Virus record (IMG/VR): IMGVR_UViG_3300033463_000015
DNA: 64,000 nucleotides
Origin: a virus
Taxonomy: Duplodnaviria > Caudoviricetes
Direction: 5' to 3' (one strand)
Below are positions 36,664 to 47,355 of the stretch, one piece after another; the first letter of the stretch is position 1; every line of letters starts with the position of its first letter. Position numbers and translations under genes: made by a program. The notes below the pieces were generated by a model, which did no database searches, was not told the DNA's origin, and was given only the letters and a program-made list of their open reading frames with translations.

Positions 36664-39600
36664 GTGAGTTTATATCCTATGAGTCTGCATAATCACACTG
36701 ATTATAGCAATGAAACTTTACGTGATTGTATTAATACTGTACAAGGTCTTATAGATTTAGCAGTAGAATTAGGCCACGAAGGCGTAGCAATTACAGACCA
36801 CGAAACTATTTCTAGTTATATTAAAGCTGAACAATATTATAAGAAAGTCAAAGAAAAGCATCCAGATTTCAAACTTATCCGTGGTAATGAGATTTATCTT
36901 ACACGAAATGGTTTGAACGCAAAGAACTTTGATAGAACAAAGGATAGATATTTTCACTTTATTCTTCTTTGTAAGGATTTAGTTGGCTATCATCAAATCT
37001 GCGAACTATCAACTCGTGCGTGGATGCGTTCGTATATGAGCCGCAGACTTCGTAGGCGGCCAACCTACTATCAAGATTTAAAAGAAATTGTAAAGCCAAA
37101 TCAAGGTCATTTGATTGCATCAAGTGCTTGTCTTGGTTCGCAGCTTGATAGATTTTTGCTTCAATATATGGAAACCGGTGATGAAGAATTTTATACAACG
37201 GCTAAGCGTTGGTGTTTATATATTGAAGATATTTTTGGAAGGGGCAATTTCTATCTTGAGATGCAGCCTTCTAACAATAAAGAGCAGATTTTTGTTAATA
37301 AGCAACTTTTAAAGATTGCAGAAGAACTAAAACTTCCATATATTATTACAACAGATAGTCATTATGGAAGGCCAGAAGATGCGCCAATCCACGAAGCTTT
37401 TCTAAATGCGCAGGAAGGCGAACGTGAGGTTAGAAGTTTCTATGCAACTACTTATATGATGAAGGATGAGGAAATTAGAAGTTTCTTCCCATATTTAAGT
37501 GAAGAAGAGATTGAGACTGCTTATTATTGGATTCGTCATATTAAGGATGAATGCGAAGATTTTAGTATCTTGCGGCCGCTAGAGATTCCTCAGCTTCCTT
37601 GGCGAACTTATTATGACCCAGGTGATGAAAAGATTGTTGATGCAATTAGTAAGATGCCAGCAATCAAAAAGTTTATTTATTCACCACATAGTTCTGATAA
37701 TATCTTGGTGTATGCAATAATTGATGGTATTGAACGACATCAAGATTTACAAAATGAAAAAGCATATCAAGCAATTAATGAATGTCTTGAAATGACTTGG
37801 GAGTCTAGTGAAGTAAATAATGCTAGATGGTCAGCATATTTTTTGAACCTTCAAAAGATTATAGATGAATGTTGGAATGCGGGAACATTAGTTCTTCCGG
37901 CGCGTGGTTCCGGTATGGGATTTGTTCTTCTGTATGTATTGGACATTATTCAAATTAATTGTCTAAGAGAAAACACAAAGACTTATCCTTGGAGATTCTT
38001 GAACCCAGCTCGTGTATCAGTTCTTGATATTGATGTAGATATTGAGGGCTCAAAGCGTGATCAGGTATTAGCGCATTTAAGAAAAGTATATGGCGCAAAT
38101 CGTGTATCAAATGTAGCAACGTTTAGAGTTGAAAAATCTAAGTCAGCTGTCCAGACCGCAGCACGCGGTTTAGGTATTGATGTTGATGAAGCGCAATATG
38201 TATCAAATCTTATTAGCGCAGAACGTGGAGCAACTTATACATTATCTCAAATGTATTATGGAGACCCAGAAAATGGGATTGAGCCCAACCAGACATTTAT
38301 TAATGAAATTAATAAATATGATAGATGGTGGGAAGTTGCCAGCAAAATTGAAGGATTGATTTGTGGTGTCGGCATTCACGCTGGTGGTGTAGTATTCAAA
38401 GATAAGAACTTTACAGAAGCTAGCGCATTAATGAGAGCGCCTGATGGAACTGTTATTACACAGTTTGAGCTTCATAATTTGGAAGCAGTTTCAGAGATTA
38501 AAATGGACTTGCTTTCAGTTGAAGCCGCGGATAAAATTCATACTTGTTTGGATTTGCTGGTAGAGCAAGGATACGTTCAAGCGGGTAAGAATTTGCGCGA
38601 AACATACATGAATGCACTGAATGTATATAAAATTGAACGAACTGATGATAAGATGTGGGATATGGTTCAAAACCACGAAATTGTATCGTTGTTCCAGATG
38701 GAACAGCAGAGCGGTGTCCGTGGTATTGCTCTTACTCATCCAAGAACGGTTGATGAATTAGCCATCTTAAACTCGGTTATTCGTCTAATGGCGACTGAAA
38801 AAGGAGCTGAGTCTCCGCTAGATAAATATACGCGATTCAGGAATGTTCCTGATGCGTGGGATAGAGAAATGAAGATGTATGGTTTGACTGATGAAGAACG
38901 AGCAATTCTTCATAGAGAACTAGACATCTCAAATGGTTTGTCTATTACCCAAGAGCAATTTATGCAGTTAGTTCAGTTGCCAGAATGCGGTGGTTGGGAC
39001 TTACAGTTTGCCGATAAACTTCGTAAGTCAATTGCAAAAAAGAACCCAAAGGAATATGAGGAACTTGAAGTTAAGTTTTTTGAAAGAGTAAAAGAAAAGA
39101 AGTTAAGTGAAAAGTTCTGTAATTATGTATGGAAAGTAGAAATCGCGTTAAGCCGTGGATATGGATTTAATGCAGCCCATACGTATTCATATTCTATGAT
39201 TGCTCTACAAGAAATGAATTTGGCATATAAATATCCAACAATCTTCTGGAACACTGCAAACTTGATTGTAGATAGCGGCGGAGCCACTGAAGTTGAATAT
39301 GATGACGATGGAGAAGCATCGTTAATTGTAGAAAATGAAGCAGACGAGGATGAGGATGAAGAAGAACTGGAAGAATGGGAAGAAGAAAATGATATTGACG
39401 AGGATGTAAAAGAAGAAAAGAAGAAAGAAAAGACAAGGACAGTAGATTATGGTAAAGTTGCGGCGGCCATTGGTAAATTTGGAAACTATGGTATTAAGGT
39501 AGCTGCACCGAATATCAATTCTTCTTCATTTACTTTTACACCAGTTGTAAAAGATAACACCATTCTTTATGGATTGCGCGGCATCACGCGTTTGTCAGCA

Positions 39601-40623
39601 TCTACAATTAAAGATATAATGGCAAACCGTCCATATAGTTCAATGGAAGATTTCTTATCAAAGGTAAAAGTTAATAAGGTTCAAATGATTAATCTTATTA
39701 AGTGCGGAGCATTTGATACATTAGAAAATCTTCCAAGAGAAGAAATTATGAAAAAGTATCTTGAAAGTATTGCTGATAAGAAGCAGCGGCTAACACTTCA
39801 AAATATGCAGATGTTGATTACAAAAGAACTTATTCCAGATGAGATGAGTTATTATGCGAAGTTGTTCTTGTTTAATAAGTTCTTAAAATCTCAAAAGGCA
39901 AAAGTTGAGTATCAATTAAATGAGAGTGCAATCAACTTTATCTCCAATCATTTCTCCGCCGATTACATTGATAATGGTGTAAGCATTGGAGTAAAGACTT
40001 GGGATAATCTGTATAGTCGTGGAATGGAACCAATGAGAGTATATTTGAAAGAGCATAAAGATGAAATGTTAAAAGCTCTTAATGATTCTTTGTATAAAGA
40101 AGTAGAAGACAAATATGCACAAGGTAATATTGGTCATTGGGAGATGGAATCAGTTTCATTCTATTCTCACGAACATGAACTCGCGGCCGCTAGTAAGTAT
40201 TATGATGATTTCTTTGAACTTCCAGAGGAACCAGAAATTGATAATGTTTTCACTAGTAAAACTGGTGATGAAATTAAAACTTATAAGTTAGCGAGAATTG
40301 TTGGAACTGTAATTGATAAGAGTAAGATGAAGAATACGGTTACACTTTTAACTCCAAGCGGAGTAGTAAGTGTAAAGGTATATAAGAACCAGTTTGCTCT
40401 ATATGATAAACAGATTTCTCAAATTGGAGAAGATGGCAAAAAGCACGTTGTTGAACCTTCGTGGTTCAAGCGTGGAACACTTCTAATGATTCAGGGAATT
40501 AGACGTGGCGCGGACTTCATTCCAAAGAAATATCGTTCATCTTCATTCCCAGTAATCTCAAAGATTACAGAAGTTTCAAAGGATGGACAATTAAAGTTCC
40601 AATTTGACCGCAAGGAGGGATAA
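36664..40623 (+). CDS. dnaE: DNA polymerase III alpha subunit
   Basis: LHNHTDYS PHP domain, ITDHE, ARGSG, LDIDVD, HAGGVV, KMDLL, GYGFNAAH. Confidence 0.96.
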   Translation: MSLYPMSLHNHTDYSNETLRDCINTVQGLIDLAVELGHEGVAITDHETISSYIKAEQYYKKVKEKHPDFKLIRGNEIYLTRNGLNAKNFDRTKDRYFHFILLCKDLVGYHQICELSTRAWMRSYMSRRLRRRPTYYQDLKEIVKPNQGHLIASSACLGSQLDRFLLQYMETGDEEFYTTAKRWCLYIEDIFGRGNFYLEMQPSNNKEQIFVNKQLLKIAEELKLPYIITTDSHYGRPEDAPIHEAFLNAQEGEREVRSFYATTYMMKDEEIRSFFPYLSEEEIETAYYWIRHIKDECEDFSILRPLEIPQLPWRTYYDPGDEKIVDAISKMPAIKKFIYSPHSSDNILVYAIIDGIERHQDLQNEKAYQAINECLEMTWESSEVNNARWSAYFLNLQKIIDECWNAGTLVLPARGSGMGFVLLYVLDIIQINCLRENTKTYPWRFLNPARVSVLDIDVDIEGSKRDQVLAHLRKVYGANRVSNVATFRVEKSKSAVQTAARGLGIDVDEAQYVSNLISAERGATYTLSQMYYGDPENGIEPNQTFINEINKYDRWWEVASKIEGLICGVGIHAGGVVFKDKNFTEASALMRAPDGTVITQFELHNLEAVSEIKMDLLSVEAADKIHTCLDLLVEQGYVQAGKNLRETYMNALNVYKIERTDDKMWDMVQNHEIVSLFQMEQQSGVRGIALTHPRTVDELAILNSVIRLMATEKGAESPLDKYTRFRNVPDAWDREMKMYGLTDEERAILHRELDISNGLSITQEQFMQLVQLPECGGWDLQFADKLRKSIAKKNPKEYEELEVKFFERVKEKKLSEKFCNYVWKVEIALSRGYGFNAAHTYSYSMIALQEMNLAYKYPTIFWNTANLIVDSGGATEVEYDDDGEASLIVENEADEDEDEEELEEWEEENDIDEDVKEEKKKEKTRTVDYGKVAAAIGKFGNYGIKVAAPNINSSSFTFTPVVKDNTILYGLRGITRLSASTIKDIMANRPYSSMEDFLSKVKVNKVQMINLIKCGAFDTLENLPREEIMKKYLESIADKKQRLTLQNMQMLITKELIPDEMSYYAKLFLFNKFLKSQKAKVEYQLNESAINFISNHFSADYIDNGVSIGVKTWDNLYSRGMEPMRVYLKEHKDEMLKALNDSLYKEVEDKYAQGNIGHWEMESVSFYSHEHELAAASKYYDDFFELPEEPEIDNVFTSKTGDEIKTYKLARIVGTVIDKSKMKNTVTLLTPSGVVSVKVYKNQFALYDKQISQIGEDGKKHVVEPSWFKRGTLLMIQGIRRGADFIPKKYRSSSFPVISKITEVSKDGQLKFQFDRKEG

Positions 40624-40624
40624 T

Positions 40625-41686
40625 ATGATAGGTTTAATAGATTTAGATTTATAGACTGAAAAGTCTATAAATCTATGCCCTCCTAATTTAGAAATAATGA
40701 AATTAGCCACTTATTACAGAACAGAAGAAAATCTGTTCTGTAATCTTATATCTTTAAAAGACCCCATAATGGAAGGCTATGATGTAATATATTGTTTTAG
40801 TGAATAGTTTGACCCAATTATTCCAGATGTATTAAAGCGCTAGCCCAATGTTGTTTATGGCGGCACAGGATTTACGAATGGAGAATATATTCCATTTCAA
40901 AATTCAATTATTGATTTTACATTACCTAAAACTTGGATTTATAAGAATTTCTTAAAAGAGAAATACGATGATGGCATTAAAACGGCGGTTATCAATTAGC
41001 TATTAGATAGCACATATTATCGCCGCTATGCTGGTGAAGAAAAGCTTCCAATGCCTTCAATAAAATCAAATAAATTATTATATTTATATGATGTTGATTT
41101 CTTCTCATATGATTGGGAAGATACAATACAAGAGGCAACAAATAGAAAAGTAAGAGGCATCCATAGTATTCATCCTATTGTTTGTAAAACATTATCATAG
41201 TATTTTAAATTACGAAACTATTCCAAAATTACTCGCTCTAATGATATTCTATTAGACACAGAGGTGCCGCTAAACGAAGTAGGATATATGTTAAAAAAAT
41301 ATTAGAATATGTTTTTAGCTGATATAAATAAAAGCACAGCAGTCTATATTCCTATTGGCGGCACGTTCCAAACTAATTTACAATATTATAAAGATTTAAT
41401 TTACAAATTAAATCTCTTATACTCATTCTGGGCGTGTAAGATACCAATTAAATTGAAATATATCCCCCCTAAAATAGGAACTACAACAAGTATTATAAAT
41501 CTATTACAACTTGTGGCATATTGGAGCCACTTAACAAATCCAAATAGTAGTATAAATGATAGATTATTACGCAAAATGGCGGTAATGGACGAGAAAAAAA
41601 TATTACTCAAACTTCATCCTTCTGCCGCCGACTTATTTACACAAACTTATAACGACTTATCAAAGCGAGGAGTGTGGAGAGTATGA
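40625..41686 (+). CDS. Hypothetical protein resembling the phage radical-SAM-associated family, TAG-recoded
   Basis: MIGLIDLDL*...PNLEIMKLATYY...YGGTGF; in frame with fragment 41309. Confidence 0.6.
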
Positions 41687-41889
41687 CGATGGATGAAATT
41701 ATTTCAAAGCACGAAAGTTTGAATTAGCGGCTAAAGGTAGCAGCGTCAAATATGGTGCTAAATGAAGATGTGAGAAATATTTTTAATGAGCTAAAAGATT
41801 TGCAAGAACAGTGCCCGCATTTTAGCACTAAACATAATTTTGTAATGGTAGATAATAAATGCCCCTACTGTGGGAAGAATTTGGAGTGA
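41683..41889 (+). CDS. Small Zn-ribbon protein (one TAG)
   Basis: ATGA overlap; QCPH...KCPYCG. Confidence 0.65.
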
Positions 41890-41895
41890 TATTAT

Positions 41896-42111
41896 ATGAT
41901 AAAGTTATATACTAGCCCTACTTGCGGGACGTGTAAAATGATTAAAATGAAGTTAAGCAAGAAAAATATTCCTTATGATGAAACGCACGACATTAAGCCG
42001 CTAATGGAAAAGGGGATTCAGCGGCTACCCGTAATGGTGCTAGAGGATGGAACAACTTTTACTTCTCCAACCGAAATGAACGATTGGATTAAAGCTCAAC
42101 CGGAGGGATAA
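41896..42111 (+). CDS. nrdH: Glutaredoxin-like protein (NrdH-like)
   Basis: YTSPTCGTC...RLPV. Confidence 0.8.
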   Translation: MIKLYTSPTCGTCKMIKMKLSKKNIPYDETHDIKPLMEKGIQRLPVMVLEDGTTFTSPTEMNDWIKAQPEG

Positions 42112-42113
42112 GT

Positions 42114-44039
42114 ATGGATATTAAAGTTAGATTAAATAAGAATTTCCAAACTGCCTATAACCGGATGAGCGAAAAGTATGGAGAAGAAATGGCTTATCTA
42201 AATGGCTTTGGTGATAAGCAGTTATCATATACCGATTTTATTGATAATTTTATTGATAAGGATACAGTTGCTGATGTTTCTGTTGATGGCAACTCAAATG
42301 TTGGCAATAAAGATATGCGGACACTAATGAATGAAATGCCAAAGCCGCATCGTAAGCTATTAGCTTTTAATAAGATTTATTATGAAATGAATAAGCGTTA
42401 TGGCTTTCAGGCCGCGAATGAATGGCTTGAAAAAGAATGGACTAAGGCACTATATATGCACGACGCCGATACTTCAACATATATTCATTACTGCTTTGCT
42501 TACGATTTGAAGGATGTAGCAGAAAAGGGCTTGTTCTTCCTAAATAATTTCAACGCGGAGCCTCCAAAGCATTTATCTACCTTTGTAGATTTTGTAAAAG
42601 AATTTATTAGCTTTGCGGCAAACCGCAGCTCCGGTGCTGTTGGACTACCCAATCTTATTCCATATATGTATTATTTCTGGAAGAAAGATTGTGAGAATGG
42701 CTATGCTACAAAGTCTCCTGAATATTATGCCCGTCAGCAAATCCAGCGTTTTGTATATGCTGTAAATCAGCCCTATGTAAGAGATGGTATGCAGAGCGCT
42801 TTTACAAACTGTTCTGTATTTGATATGGCTTATCTTGAGGCATTATTTGGAGGTTCAATGTTCCCGGATGAGACATTTATGATTGATGAATTACAGGGCA
42901 TCCAAGACTTCCAAAAGGTCTTTATGGAAACAATTGCTGAAATTAGAAAGCATAATATGTTTACATTCCCAGTATTAACAATCAGCCTTCTTCGTAAGGA
43001 TGGCAAGTTCGCAGATATTGACTTCGCCCGCTGGGGCATTGAGCATAACCGTCTTTGGAGCGATAGTAATCTTTTCATTGACGATAGCGTCAATTCATTA
43101 AGTAATTGCTGCCGTTTAAAGAGTAACATTGAAGACCTTGGATACTTCAATAGTATTGGCGGCACGGCCCTTAAAGTTGGTTCTGTTAAAGTTTCAACAG
43201 TTAATCTTGCGCGCCTTGCACTTGAATATCCTGGTGATGAAGATGAATATCTTATTGCCTTAAAGGAATTAGTAGAACTTGATTGTAAAGCGCTTGATTG
43301 TGTTCGCAACATTATTGTCCGTAATGTAGAGAAAGGACTACTACCAAACTTCACAAAGGGCATCGTAGATTTTGACCATCTCTATAATACCGTTGGTATC
43401 ATTGGTGTCTATGAAACAATGAAGACCTTCGGCTATACAAGAACTGATGAACTAGGCAATACTTATTATACAGAAGCGGCCGACAAGTTTGGTAAACGCA
43501 TTTTTGAAATGATTCACGCTGTAAAAGATAATTTCGCAGCAGATAAGGATTATAAGATTAACCTAGAGCAAATTCCCGGTGAGTCTGCAGCAGCTAAGAT
43601 GCAATTAGCAGATGAGTTTTTATTCCCAGAAACGGTTGTAAAAGATTTGCCGCTATACGGCAATCAGTTTATCCCACTAGGCATTAAGACTACGATGGCC
43701 GAACGTATCCGTATTGCTTCTCTATTTGACAGCTATTGTAATGGCGGTAGTATTGCTCATCTAAACATTGATGCTCCATTTGATAGTTTTGAGAAGGCTT
43801 GGGAAGCAGTAAATTATATTGCGGATCAGGGGCTAACATATTTCGCTTTTAATACTAAAATTCAGGCTTGCGCGCACAATCACGCTTTCTACGGTACCAA
43901 GTGTCCTATTTGCGACGGAGACGTTGAGACCGAATACACAAGAATTGTAGGCTTCTACACACCTATTAAGTCTTGGTCTAAAGAAAGAAAAGCCGAATTT
44001 AAGATGCGGCAATGGGAGCATTTGAATGATAAGAATTGA
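42114..44039 (+). CDS. nrdD: Anaerobic ribonucleoside-triphosphate reductase (class III)
   Basis: YMHD, SNCCRL, EQIPGES, C-terminal CPIC and TRIVGF glycyl-radical motif. Confidence 0.95.
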   Translation: MDIKVRLNKNFQTAYNRMSEKYGEEMAYLNGFGDKQLSYTDFIDNFIDKDTVADVSVDGNSNVGNKDMRTLMNEMPKPHRKLLAFNKIYYEMNKRYGFQAANEWLEKEWTKALYMHDADTSTYIHYCFAYDLKDVAEKGLFFLNNFNAEPPKHLSTFVDFVKEFISFAANRSSGAVGLPNLIPYMYYFWKKDCENGYATKSPEYYARQQIQRFVYAVNQPYVRDGMQSAFTNCSVFDMAYLEALFGGSMFPDETFMIDELQGIQDFQKVFMETIAEIRKHNMFTFPVLTISLLRKDGKFADIDFARWGIEHNRLWSDSNLFIDDSVNSLSNCCRLKSNIEDLGYFNSIGGTALKVGSVKVSTVNLARLALEYPGDEDEYLIALKELVELDCKALDCVRNIIVRNVEKGLLPNFTKGIVDFDHLYNTVGIIGVYETMKTFGYTRTDELGNTYYTEAADKFGKRIFEMIHAVKDNFAADKDYKINLEQIPGESAAAKMQLADEFLFPETVVKDLPLYGNQFIPLGIKTTMAERIRIASLFDSYCNGGSIAHLNIDAPFDSFEKAWEAVNYIADQGLTYFAFNTKIQACAHNHAFYGTKCPICDGDVETEYTRIVGFYTPIKSWSKERKAEFKMRQWEHLNDKN

Positions 44040-44349
44040 ATATGATATAAAATTACCCAAAAATTGTTTTGATTGTCCATTATTGGATGATGAATTCAAT
44101 TATTGTCATGGTCATATAAAGGAAAACAAAGCTTGGGAATTAGATGATTATCAATATAGTGGAAAGCCAGATTGGTGCCCCTTAATAGAAGTAAGGAAAA
44201 GTTGTAATGAATGTATGTTGGGCGCGCCTTTTGAAACTTGCTGGCGAACTTAGTGCTCTAATTATACAATAAAAAAAGAAAAAGAAGAGCAATGGAAAAA
44301 TCAAGTAAAAATATGTCTTGAACATATGGAGAAAAAATATGAAACTTAA
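44026..44349 (+). CDS. Cys-rich hypothetical protein (TAG read through)
   Basis: PKNCFDCP, PDWCPL; frame continues past TAG 44251 to TAA 44347-44349. Confidence 0.65.
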
Positions 44350-44815
44350 AGGAATAATTGATTGTGATTTCACTAACTATAAAGAGCCAGTAATGACACT
44401 AGAATGTCCCACTTGTGATTTTAAGTGTGATAAATTAAATGGCTGCCAAGTTTGCCAAAATAGCAAACTTGCGGCTGAACCTGATATTAACGTTAGTGAG
44501 CACACACTTTGGGATTTATATAAAAGCAATCCATTAACTAAGGGCTTCTGCCTACAAGGATTAGAGCCATTTGATAGTGAGCCGCAACTATTAGATTTTA
44601 TAGAATTTATTCGCTATGGTATGGATTGTAAAGATCCAATAATTATTTATACAGGTTATAACAAAAATGAAATTAAATGTCTTGATTTACTTCAAGAGTA
44701 TGGCAACATTATTATTAAGTATGGCCGCTATATAATGAACCAAGAGCCTCATTATGATGAAGTTTTAGGAGTAAATTTAGCATCTAGTAATCAATACGCG
44801 GAGTTGATAGTATGA
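44339..44815 (+). CDS. nrdG: NrdG-like RNR activase (radical SAM)
   Basis: CDFKC...CQN, GLEP, IYTGY, KYGRY, LASSNQYA. Confidence 0.88.
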   Translation: MKLKGIIDCDFTNYKEPVMTLECPTCDFKCDKLNGCQVCQNSKLAAEPDINVSEHTLWDLYKSNPLTKGFCLQGLEPFDSEPQLLDFIEFIRYGMDCKDPIIIYTGYNKNEIKCLDLLQEYGNIIIKYGRYIMNQEPHYDEVLGVNLASSNQYAELIV

Positions 44816-45009
44816 AAATGCATGTTACACCAGATATTCAACTTGCTTATTTTATTCGCGAAGGATTAAAAATGAATGAAGGCTATTGTCCCTGTGTTTT
44901 AGACAGTAAAGGTAAAGAAGAATATAGATGCATTTGTAAAGAAATGCGCGAACAGATAAAAGTAGGCTAGTCTTGTCATTGTGGATTATACATAAAAGAT
45001 GAAATGTAA
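44812..45009 (+). CDS. Ferredoxin-thioredoxin reductase catalytic-subunit-like protein (one TAG)
   Basis: GYCPC...CIC...G*SCHCGLY. Confidence 0.8.
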
Positions 45010-45014
45010 AATAT

Positions 45015-45043
45015 TTGACTTTTATGAAACTTTATGTTATAAT
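45015..45043 (+). promoter_or_regulatory. sigmaA-type promoter
   Basis: TTGACT-17-TATAAT with TG. Confidence 0.8.
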
Positions 45044-45075
45044 AAAGTATAAAGAAAAGAGGTGGCGAATGTGTA

Positions 45076-46071
45076 GTGCTGTATGGCATAATTGGAGCGT
45101 TGTGTGTTGTAATTATTATTCTAATTATTAGACTTAATCATAAAGTTAAAAGTGATAGAGCTAATATAGAATAGGAAAGAAAAGAATTACAAGAAATAGG
45201 CACACAATTATATAGTGCAAAATTATAGTGTAGTAAATTAGAGCAAGAAGTTAATATGCGCGAATAGCAACTTAATAAACTTCAAACCGATACTGCCGCA
45301 GCATAGGATTAGTATCGTGAAGCTCTCTATCAAAGCACTACAGAAATAACTGATTATATAGAGACACAACGAGCCACACGGCTAAATGCTTTAGAGTATG
45401 AACTTAATAATAAAAAAGAAGTTTATGAAAAGGCATTGCAAGAGGTTCTGAAAAACTGTGAAGAATAGTCAGAATTAGCTAAATAGGCTACTGCAGAAGT
45501 TGTAAAAGAATTACAAGATAAGATAAAATCTTGTGAAAATGCGGCCGCGTATGAGTAGCAAAAATATGAAGCACTATTAGAGCCACTAAAACAGTATGAA
45601 AAAGATAAATAGTAGAAATTATTCTATACGATTTATCTTCCAGAAGAATTTAGAGATGATATTGATTTCTTACTTAATACAGTTGCCAAAAAGGTTCAAC
45701 ATCCAGACATTATTAGTAAATTAGTTTGGGCTGAATATGTTAAGCCGTATTTAGATGAAACACTTAAACGAGTAGGAATTAAAGCAGAACCCGGTATTTA
45801 TAAATTAACTAATATAGATAGCGGGAAAGCCTATATAGGAAAAAGTACAGATATTAAGAAACGTATTCAAGACCACTTTAAATCAAGCATAGGAATTAAA
45901 TCAATAGCAGATTAGTTCGTTCATCACGAGATATTACGCACTGGTTTCTGGAATTGGTCTATTGAATATATAATATATTGCGATAAAGATGATTTGAGTG
46001 ATTTAGAGAAATATTATATAGACTTCTTTAAGACACAAGAATTTGGATACAATCGCAAAGAGGGCGGTTAA
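45076..46071 (+). CDS. TM-anchor + coiled-coil + GIY-YIG nuclease (about 11 TAGs)
   Basis: GIIGALCVVIIILII TM; long helical region; PGIYKLTNIDSGKAYIGKSTDIKKRIQDH...E...GYN; absent from the ORF track. Confidence 0.85.
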
Positions 46072-46072
46072 A

Positions 46073-46354
46073 ATGGCAGAAGAAAAAGATTTACTTATAG
46101 ATGAAGCAGTAGTAGATGATAAAAATGCTATTGATAATCTAAAAGATTTCCTTGGAGAAAAGATGGGAATTAAGTTGAATAGAAAGTAGCGGCGCAAGCT
46201 AGCTAAAAAGGGCGGTAAGAAAGGCCGCTAGCAACTTAGTTCAATCACAGATACAGCAAAGAAATTAAATTATATTGACTTAATTGAAAAACTAAGAATA
46301 TTAAATGAGAAAAAGGAGCACGAAAATTATGAAGATGCTGATGAAGACAACTGA
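46073..46354 (+). CDS. Hypothetical protein (NRK*RRK = NRKQRRK motif)
   Basis: Open frame apart from two TAGs. Confidence 0.7.
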
Positions 46355-46535
46355 TGTTTATAGGGTAAATGATGAAGATGAAGCTATGCGGCTGATTGAT
46401 GAGTTTAAGAGTAGCCAGAATGCAGAAGGCTACACGCTTACAAAGTCTGGCTACGTGCTAAAGACCAAGAAGTCTAAGGGCGAGATTATTGATAGCTGGG
46501 CTGTTGTAACAATTGAGAAGACTTTTGATGAGTGA
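46329..46535 (+). CDS. Hypothetical phage protein
   Basis: AAGGAG RBS; KTKKSKGEIIDSW. Confidence 0.7.
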   Translation: MKMLMKTTDVYRVNDEDEAMRLIDEFKSSQNAEGYTLTKSGYVLKTKKSKGEIIDSWAVVTIEKTFDE

Positions 46536-46545
46536 GGGGAGAATT

Positions 46546-47355
46546 ATGAGTGAAGTAAATCTATTCCAAGATTGGACACAAACTTCCTAGGAACTTGATC
46601 CAATTGTAGAATTAATAAATCAAATTATGGCGCTTCCAGAAGATGGATTAAATGATCAAAATGTTGACATCATTCGAGGAATGCTTGAAGGTGCAATTAC
46701 TCCTAATATTAAAGAGAATGTAATTAATGAAACATTAACTTTATTTAGTTCTCAAAATTATACTCGCAGTTATGTTGAAACCTTGATTAAGTCAGGGCGC
46801 ACAGCATTAACTGATTATATTGATGAGCTTCAGCCCAGCGAGCATAAGAGAACACTCTTAAAGGTCATTTCAAATTTTATGAATGATATATTTAATGCTA
46901 TTGATGAGCATTATAATTCACACGATTTTGTTCTTCCTGTAAAGCTAGAAGAAGACGCGCATATTCCAACTTATGCACATAGTACCGATGCTGCGGCCGA
47001 TATTTATGCTCTAGAAGATATGACATTGCCGCCTCATTCATTATCTAATGTAGTTCATACTGGATTAAGAATTGCTCTACCAGAAGGTTGGGCTGCTTAT
47101 ATTCTACCACGTTCTAGCATTGGTATGAGAACTGGTTTGCGGCTAAGCAATAGTGTTGGTGTTATTGATAGCGAGTATCGCGGTGAAATTGGCGTAATGT
47201 ATGATAACCATTCTGATTCTGATTATAGAATTCATAAGGGCGATCGTATCGCACAAATGATTGTGATGCCAGTTCATCAGTTTAAGCCTCAAGTAGTTGA
47301 TACTTTGGATGAAACTTCACGAGGCGAGGGTGGATTCGGTTCCACTGGTAAGTAA
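46546..47355 (+). CDS. dut: dUTPase with long N-terminal extension (TAG at codon 15)
   Basis: AAADIYA, PRSSIG, GVIDSEYRGE, RIAQ, RGEGGFGSTG. Confidence 0.92.

Noticed and set aside
36664-44039. Inteins or introns in DnaE/NrdD
   Set aside because: Lengths are typical; no C/S...HN splice motifs or LAGLIDADG blocks seen
5337-44373. Minus-strand ORFs (e.g. 5337-5996, 20292-20921, 29360-30142, 42830-43363)
   Set aside because: Antisense shadows of well-supported + strand genes, with no RBS, promoter or motifs
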